A stretch of DNA of 64,000 nucleotides from contig JBHLRZ010000008.1 in assembly GCA_048882045.1 (NCBI GenBank), positions 1-64,000 of the forward strand, written 5' to 3'. How positions within the stretch are numbered: the first letter of the stretch is position 1; each line of letters starts with the position of its first letter. Both the position numbers and the translations under genes were made by a program. The stretch comes from Candidatus Thorarchaeota archaeon. Lineage in GTDB: Archaea; Asgardarchaeota; Thorarchaeia; Thorarchaeales; Thorarchaeaceae. Below the pieces are notes generated by a model. It saw only the letters and a program-made list of their open reading frames with translations, had not been told where the DNA came from and searched no databases. Positions 1 through 9,649 of this stretch are shown piece by piece.

Positions 1-1
1 T

Positions 2-907
2 CACTTTTGTGGTGTATATGGTCATAAACCTAGCCTAAATGTTGTCCCTATGCATGGTCATATCCCACCTCCCCCAGTAGTCACAGCACCACCTCAGGAT
101 TTAGCTGTGGTTGGACCGCTTGCCCGACGTGCAGCTGATCTCAGATTAGCACTTGAAATCATCGGAGGACCCGGTCCAGATGATGCGGTCGCATATAGCT
201 GGAATCTACCACCTGCGAGAGGAACTCGCTTAACGGATTATCGTATTGGTTACAAAATAGATGATCCGCTTTGCCCGGTTACTTCTAGTGTGAAGGAGGT
301 GTTATCTCAAGCTGTTGAAACACTTCGAAAGACAGGAGTAGTTTTGGAAGAAGGTTGGCCTCCTGGTGTCAATCCTTCGAATCAATATGATACCTATCTT
401 TTCTTATTATATTCCGGATATGCGTACCAACTACAAGACGAAAAAATAGTGGAATTTCACCAACTAGCTGCAAATCAGGATAAGTTCTACCAATCAAGGC
501 TTGCGCATGCATGGATTGCCCCACACAAACATTTCCAATCAGCCAGCTTCGCACGGATAGCAGCCAGAGAAATATGGCAAGATTACTTCCGTACTCACGA
601 TGCTTTTCTCCTCCCTACAGCATTTATTCCTGCATTTCCTCACGACCACCGTCAATCATTTGACGATCGCATTCTAAAAACTCCAGAAGGCCCAAGACAA
701 TATTGGGATTTATTATTCTGGATATCCTTTGCAACAATGACTGGTCTTCCTGCAACCACGGCTCCGATTGGACTTACAAAAGAGGGATTACCAGTAGGTA
801 TTCAAATAATAGGCCCTTTCTTAGAAGATGCAACTCCAATAGATATTGCTGGTAAATTGGCGGATATCATTGGGGGATTCCAACCGCCAGAGGGCTACGA
901 ACCTTGA
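2..907 (+). CDS. Amidase signature family protein (5'-truncated by window edge)
   Basis: Frame is open from base 2 (HFCGVYGHKPSLNVVP); also GPLARRAADL and TGLPATTAPIG..GLPVGIQIIG amidase motifs. Confidence 0.9.
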   Translation, partial: HFCGVYGHKPSLNVVPMHGHIPPPPVVTAPPQDLAVVGPLARRAADLRLALEIIGGPGPDDAVAYSWNLPPARGTRLTDYRIGYKIDDPLCPVTSSVKEVLSQAVETLRKTGVVLEEGWPPGVNPSNQYDTYLFLLYSGYAYQLQDEKIVEFHQLAANQDKFYQSRLAHAWIAPHKHFQSASFARIAAREIWQDYFRTHDAFLLPTAFIPAFPHDHRQSFDDRILKTPEGPRQYWDLLFWISFATMTGLPATTAPIGLTKEGLPVGIQIIGPFLEDATPIDIAGKLADIIGGFQPPEGYEP

Positions 908-1000
908 TAATTCATACATAGTGTTGTTACTCAAAAGCCTGTTCACACTCGTTTAAATCTGAGTTTGTAATATAGTGTGAAACAGCAGGAATGTGTACAG

Positions 1001-2113
1001 ATGCCAAAGACAAGTCGAGCTGCAGTGGTTCCCAGACCAAATGAGGATTTGGTGATTGAAGAATATGAGCTTCCTGAACTCCAACCTGGTGCTGCCCTGA
1101 TGAAGGTGGGACTGGCCGGGTGTTGCGGGACAGACGTCCACCTATGGCACGGCAACCTAGCTGGCGTGCCCTATCCCCTGATATTAGGACACGAAGTCGT
1201 CGGGACTATCGAAGCTATAGGATCGAGCCCTATCAAGGATTTAGATGGCAATGAACTGAAGGTTGGAGACCGTGTTGGATTCCATGACGTAACAGACACT
1301 TGCTTCTCTTGTTACTTCTGTCTTATTGCAGACGCCCCAACAAAGTGTCCAAATCGAAAGGTTTACGGTATAACGATGGACTCTACAAAGTTTCCACGTT
1401 TGATAGGTGGGTACAGTGAGTACCTCTATCTTAAACCTGGAACTCATATCATGAAGTTACCAGATCACGTAAGTTTCGAAGGAGCAAGTGCAGTCGGGTG
1501 CGCAATGCCAACTGCTGTTCACACAGTACTCAGAAGTCCTATGAGGTGGGGGAAGAATGTAGCTATTCAAGGAGCTGGCCCTGTAGGATTGATGATTGCA
1601 GTTCTTACAAGTATTAGCGGGGCTGCATCTGTCACTGTGTTGGACAAGGCAAAGAATCGTCTTGAGCTCGCAAAGAAATTCGGAGCAACTGATACGCTCA
1701 ATGTTGGCGAAACTACACTCGAAGAAAGAAAAGAAAAGTTAAGAGAAATTTCAGGTACCTATGGACCAGATATTGTCTATGAAGCGACTGGTAGTCCTCA
1801 TGCGATTCCTGAGGGAATAGAACTGGTCAGGGAGGGTGGAGCCTATACCATCTGTGGTCAGTATACAGACCATGGAACTACTGAGATCAATACCCACCTG
1901 ATGAACAAGAAGCATCTGGACATCAAGACCGTCTGGGGTTCCAGAACACTTCATGTCTATAGAGGTATCAAGACTATTGGTGAACACTATGACCGTTTTC
2001 CATTTGAGGATCTGGTGACTCATCGGTTCTCATTAGATGATGCTCAGAAGGCTCTCGAGGCTCAGGAAAAGCAGGTGTCTCTCAAAGCTGTAATCAAACC
2101 GCATGGTGATTGA
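1001..2113 (+). CDS. Zinc-dependent (MDR) alcohol dehydrogenase
   Basis: GCCGTDVH, GHE..G, structural Zn motif CFSCYFC...C, GAGPVG; ATG at 1001 preferred over GTG at 977. Confidence 0.9.
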   Translation: MPKTSRAAVVPRPNEDLVIEEYELPELQPGAALMKVGLAGCCGTDVHLWHGNLAGVPYPLILGHEVVGTIEAIGSSPIKDLDGNELKVGDRVGFHDVTDTCFSCYFCLIADAPTKCPNRKVYGITMDSTKFPRLIGGYSEYLYLKPGTHIMKLPDHVSFEGASAVGCAMPTAVHTVLRSPMRWGKNVAIQGAGPVGLMIAVLTSISGAASVTVLDKAKNRLELAKKFGATDTLNVGETTLEERKEKLREISGTYGPDIVYEATGSPHAIPEGIELVREGGAYTICGQYTDHGTTEINTHLMNKKHLDIKTVWGSRTLHVYRGIKTIGEHYDRFPFEDLVTHRFSLDDAQKALEAQEKQVSLKAVIKPHGD

Positions 2114-3296
2114 TATGGATTACACAATTCAGAGAGAAAAGGCTAACCAGGCATGCAAAATACTCGTCGAACAAGATATCGATGCATGGTTGGTTTGGGT
2201 CCGCGAGACCTCCCAAATGGCTGATCCAGTGTTAGAGCTAGTATTCGGAGGCGACTTGACCTGGCAGTCAGCTCTCATCTTTACTAGAGACGAGAAGATT
2301 GCTATAGTCGGGAATTTTGATAGAGATGGTGTGAAGGTAAAGGAAATCTTCGACACCATCATCCCTTACACCACAAGCATACGTGAGGAGCTCGTCAAGC
2401 ACCTCGCAAGAAAAGATCCTAAGAAGATTGCTATCAACTACAGTGTTAATGATGTTGCAGCAGATGGACTCAGTGTTGGAATGCACACCCTACTTCTGGA
2501 TTATCTGAAGGACACACCCTACATTGGAAGATTAATGTCCGCTGAACACCACATCAACAAGCTACGAGGACGAAAAACATCAGAAGAGGTAGTAAGGATT
2601 CGTAGAGCCGTGGAAATCACTGAGGACATCTTCAAGCTGGTCAAGGGCTTCGTCAAGGTTGGAATGACTGAACTTGAGGTCTACAAGTTCTTCCACAAAT
2701 GCATGAATGAACGAGGAGTTACAAGTGCTTGGGATGCTACCCAGAACCCTGCTGTTGACGCTGGACCTTACAAGCAGTTTGGCCATGCTGGACCTACTGA
2801 TCATGTCACCAAGGAGGGTCACCTTCTCCACTTTGACTTTGGTGTGAAGTACAACGATTACTGCTCAGATATCCAAAGAATGTTCTTTTTCGGAGAGAAG
2901 AAAGACATACCCACCGAGGTTCAACATGCATTTGAAACTGTAAGAGATGGTATCCAAGCTGCCGCAAATTGGATTAGACCTGGAGCTGTTGGGTATGAAG
3001 TTGACACTATCGCACGCGACTTTGTGAAAGAAGCTGGTTATGAAGAATATCAACACGCATTGGGCCACCAGCTTGGGCGATTGGCTCATGATGGGGGAAC
3101 TCTTCTAGGTCCGAAATGGGAGCGATACGGTGATAGCCCGATGGGAGTCGTAGAAGTTGGTAACGTCTTCACTCTTGAGTTCTATGTCACAACAAAGCAT
3201 TATGGACAAGTGAGCTTGGAAGAAGACATTCTAATTACAAGACAGGGATGTGAGTTTCTCTCAAAGCCACAGAAAGAACTGATTTGTATCAGCTAG
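2103..3296 (+). CDS. Xaa-Pro aminopeptidase (M24 family)
   Basis: DFGVKYNDYCSDIQR, HALGHQLG..AHD, FTLE and LEED metal ligands. Confidence 0.9.
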   Translation: MVIDMDYTIQREKANQACKILVEQDIDAWLVWVRETSQMADPVLELVFGGDLTWQSALIFTRDEKIAIVGNFDRDGVKVKEIFDTIIPYTTSIREELVKHLARKDPKKIAINYSVNDVAADGLSVGMHTLLLDYLKDTPYIGRLMSAEHHINKLRGRKTSEEVVRIRRAVEITEDIFKLVKGFVKVGMTELEVYKFFHKCMNERGVTSAWDATQNPAVDAGPYKQFGHAGPTDHVTKEGHLLHFDFGVKYNDYCSDIQRMFFFGEKKDIPTEVQHAFETVRDGIQAAANWIRPGAVGYEVDTIARDFVKEAGYEEYQHALGHQLGRLAHDGGTLLGPKWERYGDSPMGVVEVGNVFTLEFYVTTKHYGQVSLEEDILITRQGCEFLSKPQKELICIS

Positions 3297-3363
3297 AAAG
3301 AGACTCATCCATTGCTCCAATTCTGTATCTTGAATTTAGCTCTAGTTTCCTCTTTCATGTAAT

Positions 3364-5304
3364 TCACTCAGCCATGTAGGGATCATAATCGAAGTCTATG
3401 TCTGCGTAGCCAACCTCTTTGAGAAGATTCTCAATGGATTCAGCTCCTGTAACCCATGAGAGTTCCCAAGAGTCGTCATCTGTCAGTATCAACTCAACAT
3501 CCGGAAGATCTCCAAGGAGATTGTGATCCATCTCAATCGTGTCCTGATATGCTCCTGTCAGAGCAAGAACAAAGTACGACTTTGAAACATTCGAGAGATT
3601 TCCAACAGGGATGCCATCACCTATCGCTCCTCCAGGAATAGTAATTGGTCTATTGTCTTTGGTGAACCAGATCTTGTCAGTATGTTGCCTATAGAACTGA
3701 GTGATTTCTCCATCAGAATCACAAGTTATGTCCACAAGCCTTACTGTTGTTTCTGGTTGAACATGAAGGTCCTCGATAGGAATCACCGGAAAGTGCTGTT
3801 TTACAAGTACATGATCAGCTATGCTATTGAAAACGCTGAAGTTCCCAATAACTAAGTGTTCAGGGTGCCAGAAGCTTCTCACAAGCTCGTCGAACTTGTA
3901 AGACTTGAGGTTCATCTCCACAAGTTTCTTTCTTGCTGCACTTTCAAGATTGCCAGTAATCATCTCTTGTTCATGGATGAAGTCAATTCCTTCCAAGGTC
4001 AAGCCACTAAATCTTTCATGGAAATCATTCCAGATATCAGCCAGTTCTGGCAAGGATTTGGCTTTCCCAATACATTCTAGAAATCTGAATTCTTCTTGTT
4101 GAGCGGTTTCAGTAACATATTCTCCATCTGGTTTTGGAAAGATAGAACGGACCTCAAGAGCTTCGACAATGACCATAGATGCCAATGCAGTCACACCTCG
4201 ACCTGATTCAATCATGATGTTAGGGGCTGGATAACGTTCATTCTGCTCCTTTAGTTGTGATTGAACACCCTCTAACAGCAATCGTGCATACTGGTACATC
4301 AGGTCTGAAGGTCGAGCACTAATGTAGTCAATTGCTAGGCCACCACCAAAGTCAATGTTCAACAAATTGGTTAGACCTCTATCACGAAGGTCTCCATAGA
4401 TCTTTGTCAGGAGCTTCCCGAGGTCTTTGAATGCAGATATCTCTGTGATTTGAGATCCTGCATGTGCCAGAATCGTCTGGACCGATTCATCAAAACCGGA
4501 TTCTTTCAGTAAGTCAATGACCTCATAGAGGTCATGGATACTGAGGCCAAATTTGGAATCTCTTCCTGATGAGTGAGACCAGTGGCCCTCTACGCTGAGA
4601 TATGGTTTGATCCTAAGAACAAGATTGGTCTTTTTTGGATCAAACCTGTCAACAATGAACCTGGCTTCATGTGATGATTCAATAGAGATAGCGATATTGT
4701 ATCCCTCATTGATGCATTGGTTAATGAGATTCAGGTATTCTAGATCCTTTGCTCCATTGCAGACAATGGGTCTGTGTTTCTCAGTTTGAATTACATGCTT
4801 GATGAGTAGAAGTTCTGCTTTTGTACCTGCTTCGAGACCATAATCTGGATCCGATCGTATTATCGCAGTGACGCAATCCTTTCGTTGGTTTACCTTAACA
4901 GGGTATATCCCAATGAATTTTCCACTATATTCAGTTCCTTCAATTGCCTTGTCAAAGGCCATCTTCAGTTTTTTAATTTGATAGGTTATTAGCTGTGGAA
5001 CTCGAAGGGTGAATGAGGATGCATATCCAGGACTATCACCGTTCATCTCCTTAGTCTTTAAGACCATCTCCTTGAAGGTTATGAATTGGTCTTGAAGCCG
5101 AATTCCAAGCATACCATCGTCTGTAATATCAAGGAAGTGAAGGTCATTCCTGCTTACTCCATAGACTAGTCTAGATTTGTCTAATGACCATGTGTCATCC
5201 ACCAATGCATTCACCCATGCTTGTTTTTCTGTGAGCAGTGAACTATTGTTCTTCTTCCTCTCGGATTGTGTCCAACATTCCTTGAAATGCTCGAGCAAGT
5301 TCAC
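3364..5304 (-). CDS. speA: PLP-dependent biosynthetic arginine decarboxylase (fold type III)
   Basis: YPVKVNQ (PLP Lys), GLEAGTK, HAGSQI, DFGGGL, ESGR, DITCDSDG, GAYQD; true start is probably just after the upstream stop (~5240). Confidence 0.85.
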   Translation of the reverse strand: MNLLEHFKECWTQSERKKNNSSLLTEKQAWVNALVDDTWSLDKSRLVYGVSRNDLHFLDITDDGMLGIRLQDQFITFKEMVLKTKEMNGDSPGYASSFTLRVPQLITYQIKKLKMAFDKAIEGTEYSGKFIGIYPVKVNQRKDCVTAIIRSDPDYGLEAGTKAELLLIKHVIQTEKHRPIVCNGAKDLEYLNLINQCINEGYNIAISIESSHEARFIVDRFDPKKTNLVLRIKPYLSVEGHWSHSSGRDSKFGLSIHDLYEVIDLLKESGFDESVQTILAHAGSQITEISAFKDLGKLLTKIYGDLRDRGLTNLLNIDFGGGLAIDYISARPSDLMYQYARLLLEGVQSQLKEQNERYPAPNIMIESGRGVTALASMVIVEALEVRSIFPKPDGEYVTETAQQEEFRFLECIGKAKSLPELADIWNDFHERFSGLTLEGIDFIHEQEMITGNLESAARKKLVEMNLKSYKFDELVRSFWHPEHLVIGNFSVFNSIADHVLVKQHFPVIPIEDLHVQPETTVRLVDITCDSDGEITQFYRQHTDKIWFTKDNRPITIPGGAIGDGIPVGNLSNVSKSYFVLALTGAYQDTIEMDHNLLGDLPDVELILTDDDSWELSWVTGAESIENLLKEVGYADIDFDYDPYMAE

Positions 5305-6715
5305 CTATCTCATCATCTTGAGCAATATACTCTGAGTCTACTTGGAGATCTGACGTGTCAAGCGGCTGATCTCGTATCCTCGCAGCGACATTTCGTTCTG
5401 CTAGGTTCATTAGATATTGCAATGGCCTAGTAATAGTATTCGAAATGGCAACAGCGACTGCTCCCGCTACTATTATACCTCCAATAGTGACCAACAGGAT
5501 GTACTGAGCAGCAGCATCGTTCTGAGCTGCAATACGTGCTTCAAGCTGAGGAATGCTCTCCAGGACTTCCACGAGTGGTACTGAGATCACACAGATGTAA
5601 TCTCCTTTTCCAACCTGAGTGAAGACAAGAATACTCTCATTGTTGTTTCGAGTGTATCGTAGAGTTCCAGAGATACCTTCAGCTACCGAGATAATCTGAC
5701 TAACTTGGTTGCTAGTGAGTGCATCACTGAAGTCCGTCTGGTCATTAATCTCCACATCCTGCAGTGGTGGTAGTCCAGCAATGTAATCCTCATCAGCAAC
5801 TTCTGGATGTGCCACCACGCCGCCTGTAGAATCTAAGAGGAATGCATATCCACTCTTGAGAACCTCCACGTTGATGATTTTCTCTCGAATGTCCTCTATG
5901 GTGATGTCACCTGAAATAACAGCAAACGGAATGCTGTTTCTATACACAACCTTTCCAATCGAAATCAAAAGCACGTTGTCAAACTCGTCATAATAAGGTT
6001 CTACAAAGACCATATCTCCATTTCCTGCCCAGATTGTCTGGTACCAGTACTCACCTCTTGGATCGTAAGGATCTGCAATTCTTTCCACATCCGACAAAGG
6101 TCCAAGAATACTACCAGGATAATTGATGAAGAGTCCATCATCAGCAAATGCAATGTACAACCATCTGAACTCAACTTGGTTGTGAATCGCTTTGAATATG
6201 TAATCAATATTTGATACACGACCTAGCTTGTCTGCACTTGCAGCTTCGTAAGTTCCGTAATCCGTGGAATCATACCCTTGGACATACCAGCTACTGTAGT
6301 CCCAAGAAACATTGAGACCGTAATTGGTGTCAAAGTGATTGTCCACTGGAGCAGGAGCTGGTGCACCTGGCTCGAACAGACGGTCAAAGTAAACTTCTCG
6401 ATACTCGTAGGTTGATCCTGTAGCAAACAATGCTTCAAGCTCTTCAGCAGCAGCGGCAATCATTCCCTCTGCACTAGCCAGTTTCTGGTTGATGACGAGT
6501 GCTGTCTTCTGAGCTGTTTCATCCATGTTTATTTGAATCTGATTTTCCAGTGCTGCGGAGCTCTGGCTGGTAGTTGAGTTGCCAATCAGATCCACAAATG
6601 TGAGAGAGATGAATCCCGTAGCTGCTAATGACACAAATGAGATTACGATGAAGGTCAGAATGACATTCGTTCTGAATTTTCCCTTCTTCTTGGTTTGGGT
6701 TGATGATTGTACCAT
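5243..6715 (-). CDS. Membrane sensor TM-dCache-TM-HAMP with no cytoplasmic output domain
   Basis: Two TM helices; YDPRGEYWY...VEPYYD...SGD Cache motif; GYAFLLDSTGGVVAHP; C-terminal HAMP (ITRPL...DEIGELARAFQGM) followed by stop. Confidence 0.85.
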   Translation of the reverse strand: MVQSSTQTKKKGKFRTNVILTFIVISFVSLAATGFISLTFVDLIGNSTTSQSSAALENQIQINMDETAQKTALVINQKLASAEGMIAAAAEELEALFATGSTYEYREVYFDRLFEPGAPAPAPVDNHFDTNYGLNVSWDYSSWYVQGYDSTDYGTYEAASADKLGRVSNIDYIFKAIHNQVEFRWLYIAFADDGLFINYPGSILGPLSDVERIADPYDPRGEYWYQTIWAGNGDMVFVEPYYDEFDNVLLISIGKVVYRNSIPFAVISGDITIEDIREKIINVEVLKSGYAFLLDSTGGVVAHPEVADEDYIAGLPPLQDVEINDQTDFSDALTSNQVSQIISVAEGISGTLRYTRNNNESILVFTQVGKGDYICVISVPLVEVLESIPQLEARIAAQNDAAAQYILLVTIGGIIVAGAVAVAISNTITRPLQYLMNLAERNVAARIRDQPLDTSDLQVDSEYIAQDDEIGELARAFQGMLDTIREEEEQ

Positions 6716-6729
6716 TCATAACACCTCCA

Positions 6730-9603
6730 TCAGTAGTCTACAGTTGTCCCTCCCACTTCCAGCTGTGCCATCAGGACTCCAACCTTCTCAAAAGCCCGTT
6801 CTATGTCCAACTTCACATTAGTGCTATCTACCACAGAGATGTATTGTCCCTGTGGAATGTGGTCACAAATCGATTCGAGGAGTTCCTCGGTCGTTATGTG
6901 GTTTCCAGTCCTTGATGACTTGATTCTTCGCTTTGTATCTGCCCTATCTGAGAGCTCGTGACCTACACCTATTATCAGAAGGTTGACATCAAGGTGATGG
7001 TCTCGAATGAATCCCTCGATGGTGAGAGGTCGGTTTCTCTTTAAACGGTCTTTTTCTGTCAAGATACCTTCGAGAACATCCAACGAATACCTCTTCGAAC
7101 TGTTGTCCTGACCGTCAGTCAGAGCAATGACCCATCTGTGTTCACTAGACTCAATCTTCTCAAGCTCTTCTAATGCTCTACCGAGTGCATCATAGAAAGC
7201 CGTAGCATAGTTTGGATACTTCAGCGACATCAGCGTCTTCACAATTGGATTATCCTCCCCATCACTCTCTCCTTTAATTGTGAGAGGAAGAAGTTCTCGA
7301 TACGACGAGTTGAATACAATCACTGAAGCCGCATCTTGAGGATTGACCTGTCCGTAAAATATCTCCAAAGCACCACGCACAGCAGCGCGAATCCTGTTCT
7401 GTGCCTGCATGCTACCTGAGTAATCTATGACGAAGGTTACACTCTTCTTGTACAGGATGGACCTCCTGAGCTTCTCAGCTTGTCGTCTCACATCATGGCT
7501 TGGCTTGTCCATCTGATCTAGAACATCAGCTAGACGCTGCATAGCAAACACAACAAGCCAGAGTTCATCAGTTTCTTTACCGGAAGAGATTGCATTGTTG
7601 TATTCATCTTCAGCTTGCTTCCACCTACCTTGTGCCTGATGTAGCTCTCCCTCATGAAAATGTATGTATGCAAGGCTTCTCATATAGTCAATCGAGGTTG
7701 CAAGTTCCTTTGCTTCTTCAAACTTTGAATGAGCTTGACTGTATCGACCATCCCGCATCATAACGAGTCCCATTGCATCTAATCTTCTCGCGAGGCCGTA
7801 GGAGTTGTCTAGGGTTCGATCAATGGCTTCCGCGTCCTCAAGCAGAGCCATGGATTTGTCTGCGTGTCCTCTGTCCATCTCAGCTAGTGCCATATTGTGG
7901 TAGAGTGATGCAACCCTAATCATAGCATCTTTCTCGTCTGCACCGTCCTCCTTGGACTTCTCCAAAAGACTCTGAGCAATTACCATCGATTGCTCATAGT
8001 AGTCAATAGCATTCTCTGGATCCCCACGTTGTCTGAATACGTTGCCAATGTTCAATAGCATAGTCTGTTGGCCTTCTGGAATCCCCAATCTCTGGCTAAT
8101 TTCTAGGAGATTCTGGTAGTTGGCCAGTGCTCTGTTGAGGTCGCCTCTTATGAAAGCCTGATTTCCAAACCTTGCAGCTTCTTGGAAACTTAACAATGCA
8201 TCAACAGTTGTTCCTACCTCTTCGTACATCGCTCCTGCTGTTGTTACTCCCCTCGTGAAGTCTTGCTTAGCCATCTTCTTCACAAGACGAGTCATCTCAG
8301 AGATTGGTTGTACAACTGCATGTGCTCTGCGATAAGACACTACAATAACTCCTCCAGCTACTAAAGCCAAAACACCACCAAGTGCAATTGTGAGTAAGAG
8401 TGTCTGAGTTGCCACCGATGCCAACATGGCTGTTGCAGGTGCTACTACATCAGAGTCTGGGACTATTACTGCAAGCACATAGTCGGTGTTAGATACATTT
8501 ACGAAAGCCATGTGCCACTGCTGACCGTTCTTCTGAAACTCAATCCGACCTGATTCTTGCGTCAGGACTGTTGATGTGAGTTGAACGTTGAAAGCAACAG
8601 CTTCAGAGCTGGTTGAGGAACCAAACTCAAGTGTAGTTATTGGAGCAGGTTCATCGAAAACATCCAAGTCTGGATGGGCTACGACAACTCCAGTACTGTT
8701 TAGAAGGAACGAGTATCCGTTAGTAAGGACCTTTGTACCCAGAATTTTCTCGTTTATTGTTGCCATTGTGACATCAGCAGAAACTACTCCAATCAATGTT
8801 CCATTGTCAAACCTTACAGGTCTCCCCATCGAAATCACGAGACCTACTGAAGGATCAACGTATGGCTGAGTGAAGACCACACTGTCATCGCTTGGATTCT
8901 GTGCGACAACATTAGTATACCATATCTCCGCATTTGGGTCGTAGTCGATCTCTGGAGGTCCGACCTCTTCGTTGTCATCCCATTGGAAATATATGAGGTT
9001 GTCAAAAGGATAGTTTCTGAAAAGATGCTGATCAGAGATTCCCAGATCGAAACCCATGTACAACCATCTATAGTCTTCGTTCATTTCATGGAGCGCCTTG
9101 AAGATATTCACCATGTTTGAAGACACATCTAGGGCATACTGTGTCCTTGGATTCAGGTCATGGGGATCGTTGTTGTTCCAATATGGTCGCGGCATGTAGT
9201 AGCAATCAGTCTGGAATGTGATGAAGTCCGAGAAATACGCGTCAACAATCTCGGGATCCGTTTCGAATGTCAAATCGCCCCATTGGGGCTCTTCGGATTG
9301 GTCCCAATAATAGCTATATCTTGCTGTAGCATTAATCCTCCCATTGAACAGGTCTTCGCAGTAAGCTTCCATCATATAGACACCGTCGACATAGTTCTGC
9401 CAACGCTCTTCGATGAAGAGTCCTGTATCATTAGAGAGTCTCATTAGGTTGGCCAGTTCTTCGGCCTTTAATTCCTCTGCAGCATCGCCTGCATTTGCAT
9501 TTGCCACATCGATTATTGCAAAAACCGAAAGTGACGCAATCACCAGAATCGGTATCAATGCAACTGCGACAAATGTGACTACAATCCGTTTTGAAATTTC
9601 CAT
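6730..9603 (-). CDS. Membrane receptor TM-dCache-TM-HAMP-TPR-vWA
   Basis: Cache motifs YDPNAEIWY and TQPYVD; HAMP; several TPRs (LLNIGNVFRQRGDPENAIDYYEQS); vWA MIDAS DYSGS..T..LTDG. Confidence 0.88.
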   Translation of the reverse strand: MEISKRIVVTFVAVALIPILVIASLSVFAIIDVANANAGDAAEELKAEELANLMRLSNDTGLFIEERWQNYVDGVYMMEAYCEDLFNGRINATARYSYYWDQSEEPQWGDLTFETDPEIVDAYFSDFITFQTDCYYMPRPYWNNNDPHDLNPRTQYALDVSSNMVNIFKALHEMNEDYRWLYMGFDLGISDQHLFRNYPFDNLIYFQWDDNEEVGPPEIDYDPNAEIWYTNVVAQNPSDDSVVFTQPYVDPSVGLVISMGRPVRFDNGTLIGVVSADVTMATINEKILGTKVLTNGYSFLLNSTGVVVAHPDLDVFDEPAPITTLEFGSSTSSEAVAFNVQLTSTVLTQESGRIEFQKNGQQWHMAFVNVSNTDYVLAVIVPDSDVVAPATAMLASVATQTLLLTIALGGVLALVAGGVIVVSYRRAHAVVQPISEMTRLVKKMAKQDFTRGVTTAGAMYEEVGTTVDALLSFQEAARFGNQAFIRGDLNRALANYQNLLEISQRLGIPEGQQTMLLNIGNVFRQRGDPENAIDYYEQSMVIAQSLLEKSKEDGADEKDAMIRVASLYHNMALAEMDRGHADKSMALLEDAEAIDRTLDNSYGLARRLDAMGLVMMRDGRYSQAHSKFEEAKELATSIDYMRSLAYIHFHEGELHQAQGRWKQAEDEYNNAISSGKETDELWLVVFAMQRLADVLDQMDKPSHDVRRQAEKLRRSILYKKSVTFVIDYSGSMQAQNRIRAAVRGALEIFYGQVNPQDAASVIVFNSSYRELLPLTIKGESDGEDNPIVKTLMSLKYPNYATAFYDALGRALEELEKIESSEHRWVIALTDGQDNSSKRYSLDVLEGILTEKDRLKRNRPLTIEGFIRDHHLDVNLLIIGVGHELSDRADTKRRIKSSRTGNHITTEELLESICDHIPQGQYISVVDSTNVKLDIERAFEKVGVLMAQLEVGGTTVDY

Positions 9604-9649
9604 CTATCTAACACCACTTTATTGTACGAGTCTTATCCTTCAACTCTCT

